From Candidatus Woesearchaeota archaeon (GTDB lineage Archaea > Nanobdellota > Nanobdellia > Pacearchaeales > GW2011-AR1): a stretch of DNA of 64,000 bases. The notes beneath the pieces were generated by a model. It ran no database searches and was not told the origin of the DNA. It saw only the letters and a program-made list of their open reading frames with translations. The stretch is from positions 7,483 to 71,482 of the forward strand of contig CAYIHY010000001.1 in assembly GCA_964363345.1 (NCBI GenBank), given 5' to 3'. This document shows, piece by piece, positions 27,984 to 36,837 of this stretch; position 1 is the first letter of the stretch, and each line of letters opens with the position of its first letter. A program made the position numbers and the translations under genes.

Positions 27984-28940
27984 TTATCTTAATTCAGCAA
28001 GATTTATCTTTCCTTGTTTTAATCTAATTATCTTGTACCCTTTCTTTTTTATAATCTTTAATGCTTGCTTGTATGCTTTTTCTCCTTCAATGTGTCTTAA
28101 TGCCCCAAGTATTGTTCCAAAAGCATCCTCAACAATCATAAAACCTCCTGTTTCTGGATTTACTTCAGGAACATTGCCATAAATGTCTGGTTTTATTTTT
28201 CTTATTTTTCCGTCATTGCCAATAGATTTTAATATTTCAGGCAAGTCTTTCAATTGATAGCATAAGAATTCTTTGCCTTTTGTTCTTTTCATAACCTCTT
28301 CTGCTTTTAAGCTAATCTTAGCATATCCATTAAATAAAGAGGCTAAGCTGACTTCAAATCCTTTGCAGAAACCCGTGTAAAAGATTTTTCCAATCTCTTC
28401 TCTTTTTAAATTTAAATGCCTGATTAAATTCCATTTAGGAAATCCATTCATATCAAAAATATCTTTAATTAATAATGGCTGTTTTTTTCTTGCTTCTTTA
28501 AAGTATATCTCTGCGTTCTGTCCTGCAGTAGGAATGTCATAAAAACCAGCTCCATGCTGAGTTTTCTCCGGAGTCCTTTTCTCTATAAAAAAACATCTGT
28601 CCGAAGTGATAGGCATTATTTCAGTGGCTAACCCATTAATTAATTCAAGCGGTATCTTGTGGGTTTCTTTTGCTATTTTTACCATCCCAAGCAAATGCTT
28701 ATATTCTGTTTTCCCGCAATGTAAAACCATTGCCTCTTTTTTGCAATCGACTTGTATAACATTTGGGATAACTGAACTAGTCCACCCTTTATTTTCTAAT
28801 TCCCATTTGGGATTAGAATAGTCTTTAAATTTCTGACTAAGAATAAGCACACTATCATTTAAAGCACAAACTTTCCCCTCCGCAAGTGGAGTTTTTGATT
28901 GATAAAGATAAATCTCTTTTCTCGGGAATTTATTTTTCAT
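27984..28940 (-). CDS. Hypothetical protein, degenerate NUDT22-like Nudix fold
   Basis: INGLATEIMPITSDRCFFIEKR..GFYDIPTAG resembles the neighbour; ATG 28940 chosen from TATA spacing. Confidence 0.45.
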   Translation of the reverse strand: MKNKFPRKEIYLYQSKTPLAEGKVCALNDSVLILSQKFKDYSNPKWELENKGWTSSVIPNVIQVDCKKEAMVLHCGKTEYKHLLGMVKIAKETHKIPLELINGLATEIMPITSDRCFFIEKRTPEKTQHGAGFYDIPTAGQNAEIYFKEARKKQPLLIKDIFDMNGFPKWNLIRHLNLKREEIGKIFYTGFCKGFEVSLASLFNGYAKISLKAEEVMKRTKGKEFLCYQLKDLPEILKSIGNDGKIRKIKPDIYGNVPEVNPETGGFMIVEDAFGTILGALRHIEGEKAYKQALKIIKKKGYKIIRLKQGKINLAELR

Positions 28941-28998
28941 CTTCTTTGAGGACAAAATTACTTTTTAAATTTGATGTATCTAAAATAGAAGATATAAT

Positions 28999-29880
28999 TT
29001 ATTTCTTCCTCAAATAATCTAATACTTCTGCTTGTTTCTTAGTTATCTGAGAAAGTTTTTCAATAATTGTTTCCTGATCGTCTCCCTTTGACGGGAACTT
29101 AAATGTTTCTGCAAAATCATCTGTATCCAGCCAGAAATTATCTTCTTTAAGTTCTTTGTCTCTAACTAAATTACTAGCTCGACTTAATGATTCTATTGTT
29201 CCTGCATCTGACCAATATCCTTTAACCGGATTATAAAAACATTCTCCTCTTTGAACATAAATCGCAATAGAGTCAGTTATTTCTAATTCCCCTCTTGCAG
29301 AGCGTTTTTGTGTTTTGATTATGTCAAATATTTTGGAATCAAACATATACAATCCAGTCATAGCCAAATTTGATTTTGGATTTTCTGGTTTTTCTTCTAC
29401 CTGCACCACTTTTTCATTTTCAATAATTGCAACACCAAATCTTCTTGCTGCCTTTAGTCCCACTTCCTTCAAGAAAATTCCCGCGCCTCTTCCAGTTTCA
29501 GCAAGTTTTTTTTCAAAGTTTTGAACATAAGCAGACATATTATCTTCAAATATATTATCTCCAAGAATAACAGTTATCGAATCTTTATTTGCAAAATCTC
29601 CTGCAAGTGCCAATGCTTCAGCAATTCCTCCAGCTCCCTCTTGAACCTTGTAAGTTAATTTTATTCCAAAATCAATTCCAGAACCAAGCAGATTTGCAAA
29701 ATCTCCTGCATATTCTCTTCCAGAGATAATTAAGATGTCTTTAATTCCAGCATTAATCAAAGTAAATAAAGGATAGTAAATCATTGGCTTGTTATAGACC
29801 GGGAGCAAATGTTTATTTGTAACTTTTGTGCAGGGCATTAATCTTGAACCTGTTCCTCCTGCTAAAATAATCCCCTTCAT
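28999..29880 (-). CDS. rmlA: Glucose-1-phosphate thymidylyltransferase
   Basis: KGIILAGGTGSRL, KHLLPVYNKPMI, LGDN, EKP, RGELEITD, WSDAGT; ATG 29880 overlaps the rmlB end. Confidence 0.92.
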   Translation of the reverse strand: MKGIILAGGTGSRLMPCTKVTNKHLLPVYNKPMIYYPLFTLINAGIKDILIISGREYAGDFANLLGSGIDFGIKLTYKVQEGAGGIAEALALAGDFANKDSITVILGDNIFEDNMSAYVQNFEKKLAETGRGAGIFLKEVGLKAARRFGVAIIENEKVVQVEEKPENPKSNLAMTGLYMFDSKIFDIIKTQKRSARGELEITDSIAIYVQRGECFYNPVKGYWSDAGTIESLSRASNLVRDKELKEDNFWLDTDDFAETFKFPSKGDDQETIIEKLSQITKKQAEVLDYLRKK

Positions 29881-30866
29881 TTTAAAATCCTCCACCAATT
29901 TGTATTATTCTTATACCAAGAAACAAGTTCTTTAATTTCTTTTTCTAAATCTTTATGTAGATATTTAAAACCTAAATTTTTTAATTTTTCTCCCGAAATT
30001 GCATATCTAAAATCATGCCCCTTTCTATGCAGAACTTTTTCTATCATTTCTTCTCCAAGTCCAAAATTTTGAAGAAGTAATTTTGTCATTTGAATATTTG
30101 TTCTTTCATTTTCTCCGGGAATATTATAGGCTTCCCCAATCTTTCCATTTTGCGAGATAAACCAAATAGCTCTACAATTATCTTCTACATGAAGCCAATC
30201 CCTCACATTTAATCCCGGATTTTCTTCGGACCACATTAAAGGGACTTTTTTTCCTTCAATAAGATTAGTAATAAATAAAGGCAATAATTTTTCTGGAAAT
30301 TGGTATTCCCCATAATTATTTGCACTTCTAGTTATAATAACTGGGAAATTGTGTGTCTTGAAATAGGACAATGCAGTTATCTCGGCAGAAGCTTTTGTTG
30401 CAGAATAAGGACTAGAAGGATTTAGTTGAGCATTTTCAGAAAAAAATCCTTCATTGAGACTCCCATAAACTTCATCTGTTGAAATTTGTATAAATTTTTT
30501 TACTCCTCTCTCCATTGAGATTTTAAAAAGGTTGCACGCTCCAAGAAAATTTGATTTTTCAAAATCATCAGAATTAAAAATGCTTCTATCTACATGACTT
30601 TCTGCTGCAAAATTAAAAACAATTTCTGGTTTTTCTTCATCAAAGACTTTATCTATAATATCTTTATCACTAATATCCGCTAATATAAATTTGTAATTTT
30701 TATTTTCTGAAATCCCCATGTGAGAAATATTTTTTCCTTTTCCGGCATATGTCTTTTTGTCTACATTTACAACGTTAACCTCTTCTTTAACTTCTGGATT
30801 GGTAAGCAAATATCTTATAAAATTACTTCCAATAAATCCGCATCCTCCAGTTACTAGTATTTTCAT
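29877..30866 (-). CDS. rmlB: dTDP-glucose 4,6-dehydratase
   Basis: TGGCGFIGS, AAESHVDRS, STDEVYG, PYSATKA, QFPEKL, RDWLHVED. Confidence 0.95.
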   Translation of the reverse strand: MKILVTGGCGFIGSNFIRYLLTNPEVKEEVNVVNVDKKTYAGKGKNISHMGISENKNYKFILADISDKDIIDKVFDEEKPEIVFNFAAESHVDRSIFNSDDFEKSNFLGACNLFKISMERGVKKFIQISTDEVYGSLNEGFFSENAQLNPSSPYSATKASAEITALSYFKTHNFPVIITRSANNYGEYQFPEKLLPLFITNLIEGKKVPLMWSEENPGLNVRDWLHVEDNCRAIWFISQNGKIGEAYNIPGENERTNIQMTKLLLQNFGLGEEMIEKVLHRKGHDFRYAISGEKLKNLGFKYLHKDLEKEIKELVSWYKNNTNWWRILK

Positions 30867-30987
30867 TTTAATCTCTTTAATCTTATTTATTTAAATATCC
30901 TTATAATAAAAAATACATATTTGTAATATATAGAAAATAATATTTCATCTACATAATTCTTATAAATATTCACTTTTCAACATTATT

Positions 30988-32190
30988 ATGAAAATTGCCC
31001 ACGTAAATATGTTTTTTCTTCCAACATTCGGCGGAGTTGAACAGGTGATATATGAATTAGCCACAAGGCAGGTTAAAGATGGACACGAAGTTCATGTTTT
31101 TTGCTGCGATTCTGACAAAAATAACAGAATAGAAATTAAAGAAGAAATAATTGAAGGAATCCACGTTCACCGAATACCTTATTGGTTCAGACTTTCTTTG
31201 AATACTTTTGTATGGCTGTCATTCTTATGGAAATTTAAGGGGAAATTTGATATTGTTCACAGCCACGTTTCAGGGCATGATTACATTTTATTTGCCGGAT
31301 GGTTATCTAAACTGAAAGGAGCAAAATATATCCACACAACACATTGCCCGTGGACAGATGCTTCATTCAGGCCGAAAATTATTCGCCCATTTTTATTTTT
31401 GAATGATATTTTCATGAACAAATTTTCGTACAAATTTATTGATAAAATAATTGCAATCACCCCCTGGGAATTGGAAACTTTGGAAAAATATTCAGAAAAA
31501 GAAAAAATTGAAATTATCCCAAATGGAGTCGATAAAATTTTATTTAAAGAAGTTAGAAATAAGCAGTTCAAAAAAAATAATAATATCAAAGAAAAATTTT
31601 TGGTTTTATTTTTCGGAAGATTGAATCCGACAAAAGGTCCGGAGATGCTTGCTAAAGCAGCAATAAATATAATAAAAAAAAGAAAAGACATCGCATTTGT
31701 CTGGGTTGGTCCCGATGAAGGAAAAGCCGAGGAAGTTAAGGAATTAATTAAGAATTTTAAAAATATGAAATATCTCGGTCCGATAAAAGGAAAAGAAAAA
31801 ATTGCAGATATGTATCAATCTGCTGATGTTTATGTTCTTCCAAGTTATCGCGAAGGATTGCCCTTAACTTTATTTGAAGCAATGGCCTCGAGACTTCCTA
31901 TCGTTGCTTCGCCTGTCAACGGAGTGCCCTTTGAAATGAAAGAAAATGAAAACGGCTTTTTTTCAAATTACGGAGACATTGATTCTCTGGAAAAAAATAT
32001 AATTAAATTAATTGATAACCCAAAACTTGCAAAAAAAATCTCAGAAAATAACTTTAAAAAATCAAAAAATTATAACTGGGATGACATATACAAAAAATAC
32101 ATGAATGAATATAAAAAACTTTTAATCAGCCGTGAGCAGTATATCAGCGGGAAAATGAGTGTAAAGAAACCGGAGGTGTCGTTCAGGTGA
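30988..32190 (+). CDS. GT4 glycosyltransferase
   Basis: GGVEQ, IPNGVD, FGRLNPTKG, PSYREGLPLTLFEAMA. Confidence 0.92.
   Translation: MKIAHVNMFFLPTFGGVEQVIYELATRQVKDGHEVHVFCCDSDKNNRIEIKEEIIEGIHVHRIPYWFRLSLNTFVWLSFLWKFKGKFDIVHSHVSGHDYILFAGWLSKLKGAKYIHTTHCPWTDASFRPKIIRPFLFLNDIFMNKFSYKFIDKIIAITPWELETLEKYSEKEKIEIIPNGVDKILFKEVRNKQFKKNNNIKEKFLVLFFGRLNPTKGPEMLAKAAINIIKKRKDIAFVWVGPDEGKAEEVKELIKNFKNMKYLGPIKGKEKIADMYQSADVYVLPSYREGLPLTLFEAMASRLPIVASPVNGVPFEMKENENGFFSNYGDIDSLEKNIIKLIDNPKLAKKISENNFKKSKNYNWDDIYKKYMNEYKKLLISREQYISGKMSVKKPEVSFR
32172..32178 (+). promoter_or_regulatory. Shine-Dalgarno site for the GTG start of the radical SAM gene
   Basis: GGAGGTG 8 nt before GTG at 32187. Confidence 0.65.
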
Positions 32191-33725
32191 AAGTAACACT
32201 AATCTCAACTTCAACTTACCCCTCTGATCAAGGAATAAGAACAATCTCAAGCATTTTAAAAAAAGAAGGGCATGATGTAAAAATAGTTTTCATGTCTCTC
32301 AGCGAAGATTATTCCGAAAATTATTCTTTGTCCGAACTTTATCAATTGCTTAATTTATGCAAGGGAAGTGGATTAATAGGAATAAATTCATTCGCTTCAA
32401 CTTCTCAAAGAGCATCAAGAATAATTTCTTTCCTTAAAAAAAAGCTTAATGTTCCTATTGTTTACGGGGGAGTCCATGCAACAATCTCTCCCGAAGATTG
32501 CATAAAAGTTTCTGACCTCGTCTGTATCGGAGAAGCAGAGGAAGCAATTATTGATTTAGTGAATGCAGCTGAAAAAAGAAAAAGTTTTGATAAAATAAAA
32601 AATCTCTGGATAAAAAAAGACGATAAAATAATAAAAAATCCAGTAAGATCTTTAGTTGACAATTTGGATTCAATTCCTCTCCCAGATTACAACATAGGAA
32701 CTCATTATGTGCTTAACAAAGGAAAAATAAGAAAATTCCGAGATGAAGATTTGGCAGGACAGGTATTCTTTTTAACAGGGAGAGGCTGTCCTTATGGATG
32801 TGACTATTGCAGCAACTCTTTTTTTAACAAGCTCTATGAGGGAAAAAGAAAAGCAATTTTGAGATGGCATTCCCCCGAGTATATAATTAAAGGAATTTTA
32901 GAATTAAAAAAGAAATTTCCAACCTCGTTAGGATTTTTTGATATAAGGGACGATACTTTTTCTCTGAGACCTTTGGAGGATATAAAAAAATTCTGCAAAT
33001 TGTATAAAGAAAATGTAAAAATGCGTTTCAAATGCCTGGCTGATCCGCATACGGTTACTGATGAAAAAATAAAATTGCTTATTGATGCAGGGTGCACTGA
33101 TATTATAATCGGAATTCAGGGAAGTGAAAAAACAAACCAGGAAATCTATCATCGCCATCAAAAAGATGAAGATGTTATTAGAACTGCTAAAATTCTAAAT
33201 AAGTATAAAAATAAACTTGCGGTAATGTACGATGTAATAACCTGCAATCCTTATGAAAAACCAGAACATATTTTGAGTTTAATCAATCTTCTGCAAAAAC
33301 TTCCAAAGCCGTATTATCTTTCAGTAAACAATTTAGTTTTTTTCCCGGGCTCACAATTATTCCGTAGAGCAACAGAGGATAAAATCCTGGAAAAAGAAAG
33401 AAATGCCTCTTACAAATTAAATTATTGGGATAGAGCAAAGCATATTCGCCTAAAGAAAAAAAATGCCTATCTGGTTTTAATTTTAAATTTAATGAGGGGA
33501 AGCGTTACAGAAACAAGATTCGGATTTATGCCATCATTCTTATTGAACGGGCTTCTTGTTCCAAAAAGAGTTAAGAAAAATTTAAGAAATCCATTTCCAA
33601 CTTATTTAATTTTAAACTTAGTAAGTATAGTTGATTTAATGAGAGAGAAAGTAGCAAAGCCGTTTTATCGCTCTCTGCCTGTTGATTTCAAGGTTTGGTA
33701 TGACAAAATAAGATATAGAGTTTAG
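32187..33725 (+). CDS. B12-binding-domain radical SAM protein
   Basis: YGGVHAT, IGEAE, GRGCPYGCDYC, DDTF, FFPGS. Confidence 0.9.
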   Translation: MKVTLISTSTYPSDQGIRTISSILKKEGHDVKIVFMSLSEDYSENYSLSELYQLLNLCKGSGLIGINSFASTSQRASRIISFLKKKLNVPIVYGGVHATISPEDCIKVSDLVCIGEAEEAIIDLVNAAEKRKSFDKIKNLWIKKDDKIIKNPVRSLVDNLDSIPLPDYNIGTHYVLNKGKIRKFRDEDLAGQVFFLTGRGCPYGCDYCSNSFFNKLYEGKRKAILRWHSPEYIIKGILELKKKFPTSLGFFDIRDDTFSLRPLEDIKKFCKLYKENVKMRFKCLADPHTVTDEKIKLLIDAGCTDIIIGIQGSEKTNQEIYHRHQKDEDVIRTAKILNKYKNKLAVMYDVITCNPYEKPEHILSLINLLQKLPKPYYLSVNNLVFFPGSQLFRRATEDKILEKERNASYKLNYWDRAKHIRLKKKNAYLVLILNLMRGSVTETRFGFMPSFLLNGLLVPKRVKKNLRNPFPTYLILNLVSIVDLMREKVAKPFYRSLPVDFKVWYDKIRYRV

Positions 33726-34435
33726 TTAGCTAATCTAAAATCCTTCATATTTTCTTTATAATCGGTAGGATCTTTTACATCTGCCCAATAAAATCCTTCT
33801 TGTCTCAATCTGCATGCAAGGCAATAACCGCAGTGTTTTCCACGAATGCTTCTGTGACAACTGAAAGTTTCCTTAAAATTAATTTTTAATTTTTCTCCAA
33901 TTTTTACAATCTCTTCTTTGTCTTTTTTTATCAATGGGGCAATTATTTTAAAGTTCTTGTAACATCCTATTCGGCTTAATTTGTTCATTTGTTCAATAAA
34001 TGCCGGAGTCGTGTCAGGGTAATATTCTTTTCCTTCGTTTTTGAAACCAGTAAATAAATCGTATTTCTCTTTCTTTTTAATATAAAGAGATTCTGCAAGA
34101 GCAAGAGAATAAACAAGAAAAACAATATTTCTGCAGGGGACATATAATCTTTCAGATTCCTTAGAGCTATCCTTTAACTCTTTTCTTGTAACTTTTTTCG
34201 GTTTGTTGTCTAAAGAATTTGTAATATTCCCGAGCCATTTTAAGTCCACTTCAATAAATTCCGCAGAAATGTCATTCGCACACTTTTTAGAACAAGCCCT
34301 TTCCGAAGCAAGACTTTTTTGATTATAATTAAAGAAAACAATTTTGATATACTCATAATTTAACTTTTTTTTGACATAATGCGCAGTTACAACACTATCC
34401 AATCCTCCAGAGCACAATACTATCGCATTTTTCAT
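33722..34435 (-). CDS. queC: 7-cyano-7-deazaguanine (preQ0) synthase
   Basis: SGGLDS, VPCRN, YPD, C-terminal Zn site SC-x8-CGYCLAC. Confidence 0.9.
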   Translation of the reverse strand: MKNAIVLCSGGLDSVVTAHYVKKKLNYEYIKIVFFNYNQKSLASERACSKKCANDISAEFIEVDLKWLGNITNSLDNKPKKVTRKELKDSSKESERLYVPCRNIVFLVYSLALAESLYIKKKEKYDLFTGFKNEGKEYYPDTTPAFIEQMNKLSRIGCYKNFKIIAPLIKKDKEEIVKIGEKLKINFKETFSCHRSIRGKHCGYCLACRLRQEGFYWADVKDPTDYKENMKDFRLAN

Positions 34436-34456
34436 AACTATTTGATTTAGATAATC

Positions 34457-34464
34457 TTTATAAA
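34457..34464. promoter_or_regulatory. Palindromic TATA box shared by divergent queC and IF5A-like genes
   Basis: TTTATAAA centred in a 50-bp spacer, exactly 21 nt from each ATG (34435 and 34486). Confidence 0.7.
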
Positions 34465-34485
34465 TTTGTTTTATAAGGATAGTTT

Positions 34486-34680
34486 ATGAAAAAATTAGCA
34501 AACCAATTAAAAAAAGGGGATAAAATAATTTTAGCCTCTCAAGAGTATTCTATTGAAGAGCTGGAAATATCAGATATAGGGAAACATGGAATGAGAAAAG
34601 TAAGAATTGTTGCAGTATCTCCAAAACAAGAAAAAATTATTCTAATCCGTCCTGAAGATTATCCTTTTGAATCAAAATGA
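34486..34680 (+). CDS. Single-domain IF5A-like protein (N-terminal SH3/KOW domain only)
   Basis: LKKGDKI...SDIGKHGMRKVRIVAV aligns to the aIF5A motif SKTGKHGxAKxRIxAxG; 64 aa. Confidence 0.72.
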   Translation: MKKLANQLKKGDKIILASQEYSIEELEISDIGKHGMRKVRIVAVSPKQEKIILIRPEDYPFESK

Positions 34681-35579
34681 TAGATGTAATAATAACCTCT
34701 TACAATGAACCAAACTCCACACTAAAAGCGGCACAGATATTTTTAAAGCAATATTCGGGGGAAGATTTGAGATTAATCGTCGTTGATCCCTTCGAAGAAG
34801 TAGGCGAATTTCTGAAGAAAAATATAAATGATAAAAGATTTATTTTTTATCTGGATCCGGGAGAAGGAAAATCATACGCGCTGAATTTATTATTCCAGGA
34901 GTTTCCAGGAACAGATAAAGATATCTTTATTTTAACTGACGGAGATGTTTATGTTTCTGAGAATACACTCCACGAAATATTGGGTACTTTTCAAAATCCA
35001 AAGATTGGTTGCATAACCGCAAAGCCAGTTTCAGTAGACTCGAAGGAGACCAAATTTGGCTACTGGTCTCATCTGCTTTTTTCTGGAGCTAATAAGGTCA
35101 GAAAAAAATTATCCCAAAAAGAGAAATTTTTTGAATGTTCGGGTTATCTATTTGCAATTCGTAAGGGAGTCATTATGGATTTTCCTTTAGATGCTTCGGA
35201 AGATTCTGTTATCCCATATTTATTTTGGAAAAAAGGATACAAGATAAAATATCTTTCAAATGTTGAAGTTTATGTAAAAAATCCAGATAATATTAAAGAC
35301 TGGAAGAATCAAAAAATCAGGAACATAAAAGGACATGAAAATTTAAATAAGTTATTCCCCGAAATGCCAAGAACAAAATCTTTCCTTAATGAAATAAAAT
35401 TTGGGCTTTTTCACTCTTTGTTCTATCCAAGAAACTTAAAAGAATTGAATTGGACAGCAGAGTTATTTGGTGCAAGATATTCTATTTACAAAAAAGCTTT
35501 TAATGATATAAAACAGAAAACAAATTATTCTGATGGGTGGAGAGAAACAGAGATAGAATCAACAAAGCCCTTAGACTAA
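34677..35579 (+). CDS. GT2 glycosyltransferase
   Basis: VIITSYNE, GKSYALN, LTDGD, SGYLFAIR, SED, QKIR. Confidence 0.88.
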   Translation: MIDVIITSYNEPNSTLKAAQIFLKQYSGEDLRLIVVDPFEEVGEFLKKNINDKRFIFYLDPGEGKSYALNLLFQEFPGTDKDIFILTDGDVYVSENTLHEILGTFQNPKIGCITAKPVSVDSKETKFGYWSHLLFSGANKVRKKLSQKEKFFECSGYLFAIRKGVIMDFPLDASEDSVIPYLFWKKGYKIKYLSNVEVYVKNPDNIKDWKNQKIRNIKGHENLNKLFPEMPRTKSFLNEIKFGLFHSLFYPRNLKELNWTAELFGARYSIYKKAFNDIKQKTNYSDGWRETEIESTKPLD

Positions 35580-36268
35580 TTTTTATTTCTATACATTACC
35601 AGTCGATTAAGATAAATAAAAGGAATATCAACTATTCCGACAAGCCACTTTATCATTAAAGTTCCTATAATCAAAGGCAAAAGTGGCTGAATCCCATAAA
35701 ACGCGATTGTTATAAAAATAATCGTGTCTACTGCCATTGAAGGAATTGAAGAAAAAATATTCCTCATCCATAAATGTCTCCCATTGGTTCTTTTCTTAAA
35801 CCAAGAGAAGAGATAGGCATCTATATTTTCGCTGATTAAAAATGCAATCCATGAAGCAAGCATTATCCTTGGAGCAAACCCCAGTATTTTAGTAAAGATT
35901 TCTTGATCGGTCCAAAAAGGGGCAGGCTCTAATGAGATTGCTATAAAAATAAAGAGGGCAGTAGAAATCTGAGTAAGAAATGCAATAAAAATCATCTTTT
36001 GTGTTTCTCTTCTGCCAAATTTCTCATTCACAATATCTGTTAAGAGAAAAGTTACAGAAAAAATTAAAGTTGCAGATGTTGCAAAAAAGGTAACAGATCC
36101 AAAGTCGAAGCTAACTATCTTATAAGCGATTATATTGCTGATTAAAATAAAAGCAATGTATAAACCAATAAGCGCATCAGGCTTATTATATCTCCGAACA
36201 TACCACGAACCAAATAATGAAAATGCGGTCGTTAACACAATCCATAGAATAATTAGTAATAACTCCAT
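35576..36268 (-). CDS. yhhQ: Queuosine/preQ0 precursor transporter (YhhQ/COG1738, Vut_1)
   Basis: SNIIAYK, FLLTDIVNEKFG, PRIMLASWIAFLISE..D, WMRN..S, DT..FI..AF. Confidence 0.88.
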   Translation of the reverse strand: MELLLIILWIVLTTAFSLFGSWYVRRYNKPDALIGLYIAFILISNIIAYKIVSFDFGSVTFFATSATLIFSVTFLLTDIVNEKFGRRETQKMIFIAFLTQISTALFIFIAISLEPAPFWTDQEIFTKILGFAPRIMLASWIAFLISENIDAYLFSWFKKRTNGRHLWMRNIFSSIPSMAVDTIIFITIAFYGIQPLLPLIIGTLMIKWLVGIVDIPFIYLNRLVMYRNKN

Positions 36269-36269
36269 T

Positions 36270-36710
36270 TTATTTAATCAAATTATTACCCGGAGTTTTA
36301 TCAGTATCTTTAAATTTCTTTAATTTCTTTTTTAGGTCTTCAAATGTTTTAACGATATCTACAGAATGTATTACTATCGCACTTAAATTTTCAAGAGCAT
36401 CTTCAATCGGTTCATCTTCTTTAATCCCGAGTATTGGAATTCCTTTTGCATAAGCATATCCCAATTCCCATGCAGTTCCAGCCCCAACATGCAATCCGTT
36501 CAGATTAGCAATTACTAAAGAAACATTTTCAAATCCTTGAATTATATCTTCTTTGAATATCCTTTCTACATCATCCATGCACTCCACTAAGCCCGCATCT
36601 CGATGAGGTAAATAAGTCTCAAAACCAATATCTTCTGCTAGTTTTGCTAATTTCTCTAAAAATTCCCTTTCACTTTCTGCACACAATTTTCCCGCAATAT
36701 ATACTTTCAT
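36270..36710 (-). CDS. Nucleoside 2-deoxyribosyltransferase/Rcl-family N-glycosidase
   Basis: KVYIAG, YLPH, GTAWELGYAYAKGIP (catalytic Glu), C-terminal NL. Confidence 0.85.
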   Translation of the reverse strand: MKVYIAGKLCAESEREFLEKLAKLAEDIGFETYLPHRDAGLVECMDDVERIFKEDIIQGFENVSLVIANLNGLHVGAGTAWELGYAYAKGIPILGIKEDEPIEDALENLSAIVIHSVDIVKTFEDLKKKLKKFKDTDKTPGNNLIK

Positions 36711-36837
36711 AAGTTAAACTTTTTTCACAAGTTTAAAAATTCTTCTTTTCTTTAATTTAAAGAATTTATGGACTTAAATTATATATCTAAACATCTTAAT
36801 CTTTATAAATAAACTGACCTGCCCTAGTTTAATCAAA

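Noticed and set aside
32128..32186. GC-richer segment upstream of a B12 radical SAM gene as a cobalamin riboswitch
   Set aside because: It is too short, lies within the GT4 coding tail, and lacks a recognisable B12-box architecture; only the SD is supported.
33722..34435. QueC as part of an anti-phage system (QatC/Cap9 or Dpd DNA modification)
   Set aside because: It is a canonical-length QueC with no TatD, ATPase, CD-NTase or dpdA neighbours; the yhhQ linkage favours tRNA-precursor metabolism.
36764..36791. Possible archaeal dif (XerA) site ending in TATATCTAAA
   Set aside because: No matching left arm at the 6-bp spacer distance.
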